Assembly (NCBI GenBank): GCA_905480195.1
Contig: CAJQPN010000044.1
Location: 12,162-76,161, forward strand
Direction: 5' to 3'
Origin: an uncultured Acidimicrobiales bacterium
Lineage (GTDB): Bacteria > Actinomycetota > Acidimicrobiia > Acidimicrobiales > Aldehydirespiratoraceae
Length of the DNA: 64,000 nt
Notes under the pieces: generated by a model
Database searches by the model: none
What the model was told of the DNA's origin: nothing
Seen by the model: the letters and a program-made list of their open reading frames with translations, nothing else
Position numbers and translations under genes: made by a program
Shown here: positions 19,149-28,555 of the stretch, one piece after another
How positions within the stretch are numbered: position 1 is the first letter of the stretch
How the letters are laid out: every line of letters begins with the position of its first letter

Positions 19149-19653
19149 TGTCGTCGTCGGAGAGGCGGACCGAGCTGATCCGACGCATGAGATCGGTCAA
19201 CTCGACGAGTTCATCATCGGACAGATCACCGAAGAGCAATCGCTCACGCTTGTTTTGTCGCCCGTAGGCGTCTTCGAGCCGATCCGCCCCGTCGTTGGTG
19301 AGGTAGACGGTGACGACCCGACGGTCGGCCGACTCGCGGCGTCGGTCGACGAGGCCATCGCGCTCGAGGGTATTGACCGCTGATGAGATCGCAGCCCGGC
19401 TCAGTCCGGCGAGGCGTGCGATCTCGTGGCTTTCGATCGGACCCAGCACCCACAAGATGAACATGACCCGAAAGCCGGCGAGCGACCAGCCGGCGGGGCG
19501 GTGGATCTTGGTCTCGAGATCGTTAAACATCCGAGCGCCGAGTCGGAACACACCGAACATGGTGCGAAAGGTGACCGGGTCGAGGCCGAGTGTGGCGACG
19601 TGCTCAGCGGCGGTGTCCTCAAAGTCCCCTGCCCGCATGCGACGCTGAGTCAT
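19141..19653 (-). CDS. MarR family transcriptional regulator
   Basis: wHTH, LERDGLVDRRRESADRRVVTVYLT; ATGA-coupled to paaI. Confidence 0.9.
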   Translation of the reverse strand: MTQRRMRAGDFEDTAAEHVATLGLDPVTFRTMFGVFRLGARMFNDLETKIHRPAGWSLAGFRVMFILWVLGPIESHEIARLAGLSRAAISSAVNTLERDGLVDRRRESADRRVVTVYLTNDGADRLEDAYGRQNKRERLLFGDLSDDELVELTDLMRRISSVRLSDDDIN

Positions 19654-20093
19654 GACGGTGCCGGCGCGGGGCCGTCGGACGACACCATCTTCGTCTTGCC
19701 TCGGAAGATCGCGACCACGCCGTCAGGCCCGTGCACCTCAACCTGAAACAAACCGGTTCGACCGCGACGAGCGCTCTCGGTCGCAGTTGCGGTCAGTCGA
19801 TCGCCCACTCGGGCCGGGGCTAGCCAGTCAATCGATGCGTCGGACGCCAGATGGGTGCCGCCGAGGCCGTTGCTCGCAAATGCCATGGCTGCGTCGGCCA
19901 GTGAGAAGATCACGCCACCATGACAGACGTCGAGTCCGTTGCACATGGTTTCGGTCACCGTCATGTCGACGGTTGCCGTTGACGGACTGACCGCTGACAC
20001 GACCATTCCCAACTCGTGGGCGACGCGGTCGTTCGCAAACATCGCGTCGCGAGCAGCCTCCGCCCGTGCCTGCGCCTCCCCCGGATCACTCAC
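19650..20093 (-). CDS. paaI: PaaI-type hotdog acyl-CoA thioesterase
   Basis: NGLDVCHGGVIFSLADAAMAFASN; adjacent to the paa operon. Confidence 0.9.
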   Translation of the reverse strand: MSDPGEAQARAEAARDAMFANDRVAHELGMVVSAVSPSTATVDMTVTETMCNGLDVCHGGVIFSLADAAMAFASNGLGGTHLASDASIDWLAPARVGDRLTATATESARRGRTGLFQVEVHGPDGVVAIFRGKTKMVSSDGPAPAPS

Positions 20094-20138
20094 AGCAAGA
20101 TCATCTCACCTTTGATCGTCAGGTGATAGCGGGACGCG

Positions 20139-21755
20139 TCAGCGCACGCAGGTGCACTCGACCTTGTCTTCCATCGCCTGCCACTTGTACGCCCGCAACT
20201 CGGACAAGACACCACAACCCGTGCACCGCAATGCCCATTCCTTGCCGATGGCCTGCAACGCCACCGGGTGCTCACCCGTCGACAGACGGGGCTTCTCTCG
20301 CACCTGTCGCGGCTGACGGACCTCGGGAAGTTCGGGACTCACCATCTCGAGATACGGCTGTGCCTCGGCGGCCCATTCGGTGATGTCGTCAGCCGACAAC
20401 TCGGGGGCAACGAAGTCGCCGACCGTCTCGGGTTCCTTCAACACTGCCGGCCCGGCGTAGTCGAGGAACCTTGCAAGTTCGTCGAACTCGTTGGGGCGAA
20501 AGATCCGCGACGACTCGGCGATGACCTCGACCTCCTCGAGGAAGCCGTCGCGATCTTCGGAGAAGCGGGGGTCCTCGAGCGTGTCGGCTGCGAAGATGAT
20601 GACGAAACGAGCACCGCTTCCCAACGGCTTGCGTCGAAGGATCCGACCCATCCGTTGGATCATCTGGCGCCGGGTGCGGCTCGCGGACACCACGAGACCA
20701 AGGTTTGCGTTCGGAACATCGACACCTTCGTCGAGGACCCGCGGCGCAGCGACAGCGTCGAGCGTCCCGTCGCGCAGGTCGTCGAGGATCTCCCCTCGAT
20801 CGCGGCGTCCGGTGTCACCGGTGATGATCTCGATGTTGACGTAGGGATCGAGTCGCACGATCGCGTGGTTGGCGGCTCGAACGGTCTCGGTGAAGAGCAA
20901 CGCTCCCTGAGCATCCTTGATCGCATCAGCGAACCGCCCGAGGGCTTCGTACTTCGCCGAGCTGGTCGCGACGATTTCGCGACGCGACGTGAACGCGTTG
21001 AGGTAGTCGTTGGCCGCTCGACCATCGGGGCCGGCGTCGTTCGCCGCCAGGTGGTGGACCGCAGCCAAGAAGTCGCCGAACGGCTCGTGCGGGATGCCCT
21101 TGATCTGCTTGAGTTGACGACGCGCCGCCACGATACGCCCCTCGGTTGCGTCGTACTCGGTGCGCTCTTCGCTGGTGAGCGGCACGGCCATGAAGCCGAC
21201 TCGGGGTTGGGCGCACACACCGTCATCGATTGCCGCACCGAAGTCGTAGCGGTAGCAGATACCGCCGAAGTAGGGCAGCAGGATCGTCTCGACCGCGTCA
21301 TCGGAGCGCTCGAGTGTTGCGGTCAGGCCGAGTCGCTCCTGGTACTCGGCGAGCAAGCTCTTGCGCAACACGGCGCCGCCGAACCCGTGGCACTCATCGG
21401 CAACGAGTATGCCGCCTCGCTCCGAGGTCGGCAGGGGGACTCGGCTCGCTGCTGAGTGACGAGTCGTGACGAGGACGTCGCAATCGATCGGTCGGTCACG
21501 GTAACCATCGCCGAGTCGGCCGATCTTGGCGTCGGGCATCCAACTGCTCAGTCGCTCGTGCCACTGCTCCATCAGCACCCGTGACGGCACGATCACGAGG
21601 GCAAAGAGTCCCCGTGCGATCGCGTCGTCGATGGCGGTCAGCGCAACGTCGGTCTTGCCGGAACCGGTCACGGCTTCGATGACGCCGCGACGTCCGCAGC
21701 GGTGCCAGGCCATCAGCGCGTCGTGCTGCCACCGGTAGAGGGGATGAGATGACAA
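20139..21755 (-). CDS. superfamily II (SSL2/XPB-like) DExH helicase
   Basis: TGSGKT, DECH, GLTAT, LDEGVDVP, QRMGRILR; C-terminal CxxC...CxC. Confidence 0.88.
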   Translation of the reverse strand: MSSHPLYRWQHDALMAWHRCGRRGVIEAVTGSGKTDVALTAIDDAIARGLFALVIVPSRVLMEQWHERLSSWMPDAKIGRLGDGYRDRPIDCDVLVTTRHSAASRVPLPTSERGGILVADECHGFGGAVLRKSLLAEYQERLGLTATLERSDDAVETILLPYFGGICYRYDFGAAIDDGVCAQPRVGFMAVPLTSEERTEYDATEGRIVAARRQLKQIKGIPHEPFGDFLAAVHHLAANDAGPDGRAANDYLNAFTSRREIVATSSAKYEALGRFADAIKDAQGALLFTETVRAANHAIVRLDPYVNIEIITGDTGRRDRGEILDDLRDGTLDAVAAPRVLDEGVDVPNANLGLVVSASRTRRQMIQRMGRILRRKPLGSGARFVIIFAADTLEDPRFSEDRDGFLEEVEVIAESSRIFRPNEFDELARFLDYAGPAVLKEPETVGDFVAPELSADDITEWAAEAQPYLEMVSPELPEVRQPRQVREKPRLSTGEHPVALQAIGKEWALRCTGCGVLSELRAYKWQAMEDKVECTCVR

Positions 21756-21794
21756 GGCGTCTAGGTTACGAGCACTACCCCGTGTCCTGAAACG

Positions 21795-22973
21795 TCAGCC
21801 GACGATGCCTTGGTCTCGCAGGTCGGCGATGCCAGCATCGTCGTACCCGAGTTCGCGGAGTACATCGTCAGTGTGCTCACCGGCCAGACCGATCTGGGGG
21901 ATGAACGCTGGTTGGGTTGCCGACCACGTGCCGGGTGGTCCGGCCTGCCTGAGTCCAGCGGCCGTCGGATGGTCCCACTCGCGGATCAGACCGTTGTTGA
22001 GGACCTGAGGGTCAGACAGGACCTGTTCGCGGGTCAGGGCCGGCCCGCACGGCACACTGTTGTCGGCCATCTTCTCGACCACGTCAGCTGTGCTCATCGC
22101 AGCCAAACCGACCCGGATGGCAGTCATGGCGATCTCGGCCCGCTCAGGTTCAGCGGTGAGCTTGCCCGGGGTGCAGTAGTTCTCGTCGGCGAGCAGATCA
22201 TCTCGGCCGATGACCCGCCACATGCCTTCGAGCTGACTCGCCGTTGCCATGAAGTAGACGACCTGACCGTCGGCGGTGTCGATCAGTTGATACAGATCTT
22301 GGGGTCGATGGACACGGAGCCCGGAGGTGTGGGTGAGATCGGCCATCCCGTCGGGCCAGAACCATGACAGTGCCGCATCGAGCATTGCCAGCTGAATGTG
22401 CTGGCCGCTGGCCCCGCGCGAACGCGCGAACAACGCAGCGGTGATCGACTGCGCCACGGTGTGGGCGGTGGCCTTGTCGGCCACGAGGGTTCGCATCAGG
22501 TCGGGGAAGGGCAGTGCGTCACTTACCTGACTGTGGACCATGCCGGTCAGTCCCTGGATCACTGGATCGAGGACGGCGCGTTGGTGGTACGGGCCGGTGG
22601 TGCCGAAGCCGGACACTGATGCATAGATGACGTCGGGGTTACGGGAACGAACGGCGTCGTAATCGATCCCCAGGCGCTCGACGACGCCCGGCCGGAAGTT
22701 CTGGACTACGACATCGGCCCGGCTGGCGAGTTCGAGGACAAGCTCCACACCGGCCGGGGTGGTGACGTCGACGCCCATGCAGCGCTTTCCGCGATTGCAG
22801 TTGGCATAGAGCCCGCGGACGTGATCGGGGCCGGTGGTTCGGGTCAGCTCACCGCCGATCGGTTCGACCTTGATCACGTCAGCACCCTGTTCGGAGAGAA
22901 TCTGCGTTGCGAGCGGGCCAGCGACCACCTGACTGAGGTCGAGGACGGATACGCCGGCCATGGGTCCTGCCAT
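21795..22973 (-). CDS. family III CoA-transferase (CaiB/BaiF)
   Basis: VLDLSQVVAGP, GADVIKVE, NRGKR, QNFRPG, SGFG. Confidence 0.92.
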   Translation of the reverse strand: MAGPMAGVSVLDLSQVVAGPLATQILSEQGADVIKVEPIGGELTRTTGPDHVRGLYANCNRGKRCMGVDVTTPAGVELVLELASRADVVVQNFRPGVVERLGIDYDAVRSRNPDVIYASVSGFGTTGPYHQRAVLDPVIQGLTGMVHSQVSDALPFPDLMRTLVADKATAHTVAQSITAALFARSRGASGQHIQLAMLDAALSWFWPDGMADLTHTSGLRVHRPQDLYQLIDTADGQVVYFMATASQLEGMWRVIGRDDLLADENYCTPGKLTAEPERAEIAMTAIRVGLAAMSTADVVEKMADNSVPCGPALTREQVLSDPQVLNNGLIREWDHPTAAGLRQAGPPGTWSATQPAFIPQIGLAGEHTDDVLRELGYDDAGIADLRDQGIVG

Positions 22974-23021
22974 GGCTCGTGAGCTTATGACCGGTGATCG
23001 ATGGGGTCGAGATTCTGATGA

Positions 23022-23954
23022 TCAGACTTCGAACGCGATCTTGATCGCTCCTCCGCCCCGGTCAGCTGCCGTGGCGAATGCCTCCTGGCAGCCGTCGAGG
23101 GGGAAGCGATGGCTGATCATCGCTGCCTCGATGTCGGGTCGGTTCGCAAGCGCCTTGGCTGCAGCGGAGAAGTCGCGCGCAGGAACCCGACATCGGTAGG
23201 CCATGGCGGGCAGCAGTTCGATCTCTCTCACGCACGCAGTAACCGACAGCGCAGCGGGATCCCACAGGGTGCCGACGAGGCCGACTCGGCCTCGGGCGAC
23301 AACGTGGGCCATCGCATCTGCGAGCGAGGCGGTGGTGGCGACACAGTCCATGACGACGTCGTAGGTACCGTCGACGGCGAGGGAGGCCCCGAGCGCTTCG
23401 GCTGCTCGCTGTTGATGGGGATGTCGAGCGGAGATGTCGCAGGCGATTCCGCGGTCTCGGAGCATGGCCACGGTGGCGAGACCGATCGGCCCAGCGCCGA
23501 TCACCAGCACACGATCGTCCGACCTGACCCGGGCACGCTCGAGGCCATGGTGCGCGACAGCGAGCGGTTCAACGAGACTGCCCGCCGAGAGAGGAACGCC
23601 GGTCGGCAAGGCTACGAGGGCATCGGGTGGGACGACGATCGACTCCGCCATCCCGCCGGGCACTGCGATCCCGAGGAAGGTTGGCCCCGACTCACACGTC
23701 GGGAGGTGACCGCTTCGACATGATGTGCATACTCCACAACCGATGATCGGTTCGACCGCAACCGCAGTGCCATCAGGCGTGGTGCCGCAGAACTCATGGC
23801 CCAGCACCATCCCTTCGGCGATGCCCAGGTCGAGGAGGTGAAGGTCGGAACCACAGATTGACGAGGTGTGGATCCTGATCAGGACGCCGTCACCGTCGGG
23901 GGCGGCCTCCTCCACGAGCGTGGGAATTCCGTCGATTACTCGGATGGCCTTCAT
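23022..23954 (-). CDS. zinc-dependent alcohol dehydrogenase (MDR)
   Basis: ICGSD, GHE, CxxCxxC..C structural zinc site, GAGPIG; start at MKAIRV. Confidence 0.9.
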   Translation of the reverse strand: MKAIRVIDGIPTLVEEAAPDGDGVLIRIHTSSICGSDLHLLDLGIAEGMVLGHEFCGTTPDGTAVAVEPIIGCGVCTSCRSGHLPTCESGPTFLGIAVPGGMAESIVVPPDALVALPTGVPLSAGSLVEPLAVAHHGLERARVRSDDRVLVIGAGPIGLATVAMLRDRGIACDISARHPHQQRAAEALGASLAVDGTYDVVMDCVATTASLADAMAHVVARGRVGLVGTLWDPAALSVTACVREIELLPAMAYRCRVPARDFSAAAKALANRPDIEAAMISHRFPLDGCQEAFATAADRGGGAIKIAFEV

Positions 23955-24047
23955 CTCGTCAGTTGAGCACCGATTCGCGCCGGTCACCACGACCACCGTC
24001 GAGCTTGGCCCCGGTCTCGTTGGTGACGTCAGCTGCTGCGGCCTCGG

Positions 24048-24524
24048 CTACTCGGCTTCGTCGGTGGCGTCCGCCGTCGAGGCTTCGGCGACCGGGCGGT
24101 CGCCCGCAGTATCTTCCGCGTCATCGTCGGTCCGGTCGGTTTCGTCGGTCCGGTCGGTTTCGTTGGCGGGCTCGGGCTCCGAGGCGGATTCTGCGGCGGC
24201 TTCGGGCTCGGGTTCTGCATCGGGCTCGGGTTCCGAGGCGGGTTCTGCGACGGCTTCGGGCTCGGGTTCCACACCATCGCGGATGCGCTTCCAGGCCTCG
24301 GAGGCCTCGCGGTAGGCGGCCTCAGCTTCGGCCCTCTCCTCGGCGGAACCGCGGTCGGAGAGCTTCTTCACGCGCGCAGCGGCCTCGTCCTTGGCTTGCT
24401 CGGCCTTCTTGATGCGCTTCTCGCGGCGGTTGCGTTCGCGGTCGGCATTGACGTACTCGTTGAAGAGGGTCAGAGCTGCGGCGGTCTCGTCGTCGAGTGC
24501 CGGTGCGGTATCGGATTCGGCCAT
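24048..24524 (-). CDS. hypothetical protein with charged helical core and acidic EP-rich tail
   Basis: MAESDTAP start with -10-like CAGACT 6 nt upstream; EPEPE and ETDRTD repeats. Confidence 0.7.
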   Translation of the reverse strand: MAESDTAPALDDETAAALTLFNEYVNADRERNRREKRIKKAEQAKDEAAARVKKLSDRGSAEERAEAEAAYREASEAWKRIRDGVEPEPEAVAEPASEPEPDAEPEPEAAAESASEPEPANETDRTDETDRTDDDAEDTAGDRPVAEASTADATDEAE

Positions 24525-24589
24525 GGGCACAGTCTGGCCGCTCGACGCCGAAGTGACGACCTCCGGGGCGTTCGGATTTGGCGGTCGTC

Positions 24590-25780
24590 TCAGTCGGTGG
24601 GGATGCGACGCTTCTCGTTGCGCATGTCGAACGCGATCTTCACACCGCCGCGGGATCCCGCTTCGGCAGCGTGGGCGAGCGCCTCCACATAGCGAGCGAG
24701 GGGGTACGTGGCCGACACCATTCGATCGAAGGGCACCTTGCTGGCGAGTTCGAAGGCGAGTTCGTAGCTCGTGGTTCGGCGACCGTCGGCGAGTTCTTCG
24801 GTTCCGTAGGTGTAGGTGCCGATCAGCTCGGTCTCTCGGTGCCACAGGGCGGTGAGGTCGACGTCAACTACGCCGGGCATACCGACGAGAATGACTCGGC
24901 CTCGGGGCCGGCACATGCCAATCGCAGCCTCGATCGAGTCGGCCGAACCCACCGCGTCGATCACCACGTCGGCGCCTCCAGAAAGCCGACTACCAACCAT
25001 GAACGATCCGCTTGCGCGACGAACAGCTCGGGCGAGTTCGCCCGGCGCACACACGATGTCGACGCCGAACTCATCGGCGAGCGCTCGCTGTACCGGGTAC
25101 TTGGCGCCAATCATGATCGAACCGGCAGGGGTGAGGTGTCGCACCGCAGCGGCGGTGACGAGACCCATGGTCCCTGCGCCGATGATCGCAACCGTTTGGC
25201 CGTCGTGGATGCCGGCCCGCAACGCAGCGTGAACGCCGCCAGCGATCGGTTCGACCATCACGGCGAGTTCATCGGACATCCAGTCCGGCACGTCGTGCAG
25301 CTGACTGGGGTGGGCGACGAACTCCGTTGACCAACCGCCGCCGGTCGATTCGCAGAAGCCTGTTTGCAAGCCCGGCTCGAGATGACCACAGGTGAGGTGG
25401 CGGTAGTCGTTGCCGTCGCCAGGACGGGCTCCCTCGAAGGGGGGCTCAAACCCGCGACATTCGTGGCCGAGTACAGGTTCGAGTACGACTCGGCGCCCCT
25501 CGGCCGTCTCGGCGACGACTTCGTGGCCGGGAACGAAGGGAAAGCTGACGAAGTCTTCGAAGTAGCGCGACGCATGGCCGTCGATGGTCGAGAGATCGGA
25601 TCCGCAGATCCCCGAAAGTCGGGGGTACACGCGGATCCAGTCCCCGGTGGGAAGGGTTGGGCCGTCGTCATCCACCAACGCCAGCGGACCGACGGCCGCG
25701 CCCGCGCCCGGCCGCAGCTTCGAGGCGAGCATCGCAGCCGCATAGCGGCCTTCCTTGCGCGAGAACCGGAGCGCTTTCAC
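24590..25780 (-). CDS. zinc-binding dehydrogenase (MDR family)
   Basis: GICGSD, PGHE, GAGTMG; GTG start overlaps the MFS stop (GTGA). Confidence 0.88.
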   Translation of the reverse strand: MKALRFSRKEGRYAAAMLASKLRPGAGAAVGPLALVDDDGPTLPTGDWIRVYPRLSGICGSDLSTIDGHASRYFEDFVSFPFVPGHEVVAETAEGRRVVLEPVLGHECRGFEPPFEGARPGDGNDYRHLTCGHLEPGLQTGFCESTGGGWSTEFVAHPSQLHDVPDWMSDELAVMVEPIAGGVHAALRAGIHDGQTVAIIGAGTMGLVTAAAVRHLTPAGSIMIGAKYPVQRALADEFGVDIVCAPGELARAVRRASGSFMVGSRLSGGADVVIDAVGSADSIEAAIGMCRPRGRVILVGMPGVVDVDLTALWHRETELIGTYTYGTEELADGRRTTSYELAFELASKVPFDRMVSATYPLARYVEALAHAAEAGSRGGVKIAFDMRNEKRRIPTD

Positions 25781-27237
25781 GCCGCGGAGGTTACTTCGTC
25801 GGCGCGGGTCCGCACGAGGCGCAGTGCGGAGGGGACGCACAGGGTTGCAGCAATACAGGCCGCGACCATGGCGAACCCGAAGCCCGCTCCGAGCGCGTCG
25901 GCGATTGCGGGATCGACCGCATCGGCATCACCGCCGAGCAGCTCGCGCACCGCCTCAACGTCGCCGGTGCGCCGGTCGACGGTGGTGAGAATCAAGGCGC
26001 CGACGATGCCGACGCTGTAGGTGATCATGAGGGTGCGGACGAACTGGTGCGCAGCCGACACCCGGCCCATCTCCGCCGCCGGCGACCGCTCCTGCAAGAT
26101 GTTGACCCCGGTGGTGGAGATCGTGCCGACACCAAGCCCGGCGATCACCAACGAGGTGTAGAGCAGCCATAACGGCGCATCGCCGATCACTGCAGCGGCG
26201 ACGCCGTAGAACCCCGGTGCCAGGAAGAGTGACCCGAAGAGGACAACCCGTTCTCGGCCGAACATCTGTTGCGCTCGGCTGGACGACACCGCTCCTGCCG
26301 TCCACCCCACCGAGAGATAGACGACCGAGAACGCTGCGGCGGTGGTGGAGGTTCCCTCGACAGCTTTCAGGTACACGGGAATGAAGGCGTGAAATCCGAG
26401 GGTGCTGCCGACCGCCAGCATCGACGTCGAATGGATCGACCGGTAACGCGGGCCCCAGACGTGCTCAAGTCGCATCACCGGATCCTCAACGCGAGGTGCG
26501 TGGGCGACATACCCGACGAGGCCGGCAAGGCTGATGAGCGCGCCGACGACCACGGCGGTGATCGAGCCCTCGACCACGGCGAGCCCAGCGGCGCTGACCA
26601 TCGTGACCAACGCGATACCGCGCGCGTCGAAGCCCTGACGACCGGCGGTTTCGGGCTGATCGGGAAGCAGCCTCCACGCCAGAACTGCTGCGATGAGGGC
26701 AACGGGCACGTTGAAATAAAAGACTCCCCGCCAGTCGATCACTGCCACCATCACTGCTGCGACGGAAGGCCCGGCGACGCTCATGACCCCCCAGACGATC
26801 GAGTTGGCAGCAAAGACCCGCGCTCGGCGGTTGGCGTCATAGGAAAGCCCGATCACCGTCATCGTCACGGTGAACAGAAGACCGGCGGCGACACCCTGCA
26901 GCGCCCGAGCCCCGACGAGGCCGACCATCGAGGGGGCAACGCCGCACGCCACAGAGGTGAGAATGAACGCCACCACCGACCAGCGGAACACCCGGCGGGG
27001 TCCGAGACTGTCGACCAAGGGGCCTGCGGCGAGGATCGCCACGCCCGAGGTGAGGAGTTCGGCAGAGATCGTCCATGGCAGCAGGGCGACGTCGCCCAGA
27101 TCACTGCCGACCTCAGGGAGAGCGGCAGCAACCGCCAGGTTGTTGTAGGCGATGATCCCCACGCAGGACATGACGGCGATGGTCAACCCGCGAGTCTCGC
27201 TGCCGAAGATTGACTCTTGGGCGGTCGGTGCTGCCAT
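25777..27237 (-). CDS. MFS transporter (DHA2-like)
   Basis: GPLVDSLGPRR motif A, ARALQG, many hydrophobic helices. Confidence 0.9.
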   Translation of the reverse strand: MAAPTAQESIFGSETRGLTIAVMSCVGIIAYNNLAVAAALPEVGSDLGDVALLPWTISAELLTSGVAILAAGPLVDSLGPRRVFRWSVVAFILTSVACGVAPSMVGLVGARALQGVAAGLLFTVTMTVIGLSYDANRRARVFAANSIVWGVMSVAGPSVAAVMVAVIDWRGVFYFNVPVALIAAVLAWRLLPDQPETAGRQGFDARGIALVTMVSAAGLAVVEGSITAVVVGALISLAGLVGYVAHAPRVEDPVMRLEHVWGPRYRSIHSTSMLAVGSTLGFHAFIPVYLKAVEGTSTTAAAFSVVYLSVGWTAGAVSSSRAQQMFGRERVVLFGSLFLAPGFYGVAAAVIGDAPLWLLYTSLVIAGLGVGTISTTGVNILQERSPAAEMGRVSAAHQFVRTLMITYSVGIVGALILTTVDRRTGDVEAVRELLGGDADAVDPAIADALGAGFGFAMVAACIAATLCVPSALRLVRTRADEVTSAA

Positions 27238-27420
27238 TTGGGAACGCTACTGGCGGCTCCTCGCGATCGGTGAAGACCAGTGCTGGACGATCATGGCGGC
27301 CGGTGCTGGAACCCCACCGTCGACTGAGGCGCTGGCGAGTCCGGGCCAGCCTGTGATTCCCAGGAATCGGAACCTGCTCCTGGTCTGGACGGGTGAGGGT
27401 GCTGCGCCGATACTGCTGGC

Positions 27421-28410
27421 ATGCGAGTTGCTGTTCCCTTTCCCGACACGCAGCCTCCGGGCTACGAGTGGTTCACCGATGAGCCTGTCTTCGAACCGGC
27501 TCGCCATCTTCAACTCGAAGCCCCGGATTCGATCATCATGCTTACCGATCTCGGGTACGACGAGACCGAGATCGCCACCAAGGCCACGCCAGTCGCCGCG
27601 TCGTCGCCGTTTCGTCTGCTCAGCGAAGAGGGTGCTGCCATCATGCTCGACGTTGCACGTCGGTTGCGCCCGTTCGCGAGTCGGGCCGGCGATCGTATCG
27701 AGTCGATGACACGAGGCGGCTGCTACCGGTCGCGCTGGCTACGCGACTTGTGCATCAGCCAAGACGTCACCACTCATCTCGAAAAGATCTTCGGCATCGC
27801 CATCGCGCCGCACGCAATGCCCGTCCACCTCGGTCACCTCAACTTCGAGCCCAGCCGAATCGACACAGCGATCGACAAATGGCACCACGACACGCTCCCG
27901 CTCGACTTCGTGATGACCGTCACCGACCCGGCCGAAGTCGCCGGTGGCCGCTTCGAATACTTCCTCGGCACCAAGCACGACGCCGCCGAACTCGCAGCCG
28001 CCGGCCGTACGCCGCCCCCGGAGCGCACGGTCGCGCCAAACGTCCCCGGCCCCGGTTACGCCATCGCGCTGCACGGCGACATGGTCGTGCATCGGGCTGG
28101 ACCGCTCACCGAGCTCACCGAGCGCATCTCGATGGTCAACGGGTATGTGGCGCTCGACACCAGTTGCGACGATCAGAGCCGATCGGCTGACCTGCTTGCC
28201 GTCGACGATCCGAACACGCTGTTCACGGAGTGGGCCAAGTTCGCCGCCTGGAGAGCGCACGGTCGCCTCGGTGACCTGATCGCCAGAATCGACTTCGATG
28301 CCGATCCAGAGTCGGTCGCTCGTCGGCTCGAGATGGCGGTGGGCGACGTGAATCAGGCCATCGCCGAGATGCGCGCCGGTGCTCGTTCCGTGGACCACTA
28401 CGGCGGCTGA
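27421..28410 (+). CDS. Fe(II)/2-oxoglutarate-dependent oxygenase (BesD/HalD-like fold, HxD type)
   Basis: WHHD..GG.F..VHRAGPL..ERISMVN facial triad with a 2OG-binding Arg pattern. Confidence 0.65.
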   Translation: MRVAVPFPDTQPPGYEWFTDEPVFEPARHLQLEAPDSIIMLTDLGYDETEIATKATPVAASSPFRLLSEEGAAIMLDVARRLRPFASRAGDRIESMTRGGCYRSRWLRDLCISQDVTTHLEKIFGIAIAPHAMPVHLGHLNFEPSRIDTAIDKWHHDTLPLDFVMTVTDPAEVAGGRFEYFLGTKHDAAELAAAGRTPPPERTVAPNVPGPGYAIALHGDMVVHRAGPLTELTERISMVNGYVALDTSCDDQSRSADLLAVDDPNTLFTEWAKFAAWRAHGRLGDLIARIDFDADPESVARRLEMAVGDVNQAIAEMRAGARSVDHYGG

Positions 28411-28555
28411 GTTGGTCTGCGTCTTTGGCCCTTCTTTCGAGCGATGTGGTCAGCACACACGACGATGATGTTGAAGCGGTGAAGGTTGTCTTCGAGTTCA
28501 CCGACGCTGCGGTCGCCGTCGGTGTGGGGAGTGATACTCATCTACGATTCCCGGC

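Noticed and set aside
20139-21755. Helicase as part of a restriction or anti-phage system
   Set aside because: No methylase, nuclease or other defence genes nearby; flanks are metabolic.
27421-28410. Radical halogenase or natural-product cluster
   Set aside because: The triad keeps Asp (HHD), and no biosynthetic scaffold genes are adjacent.
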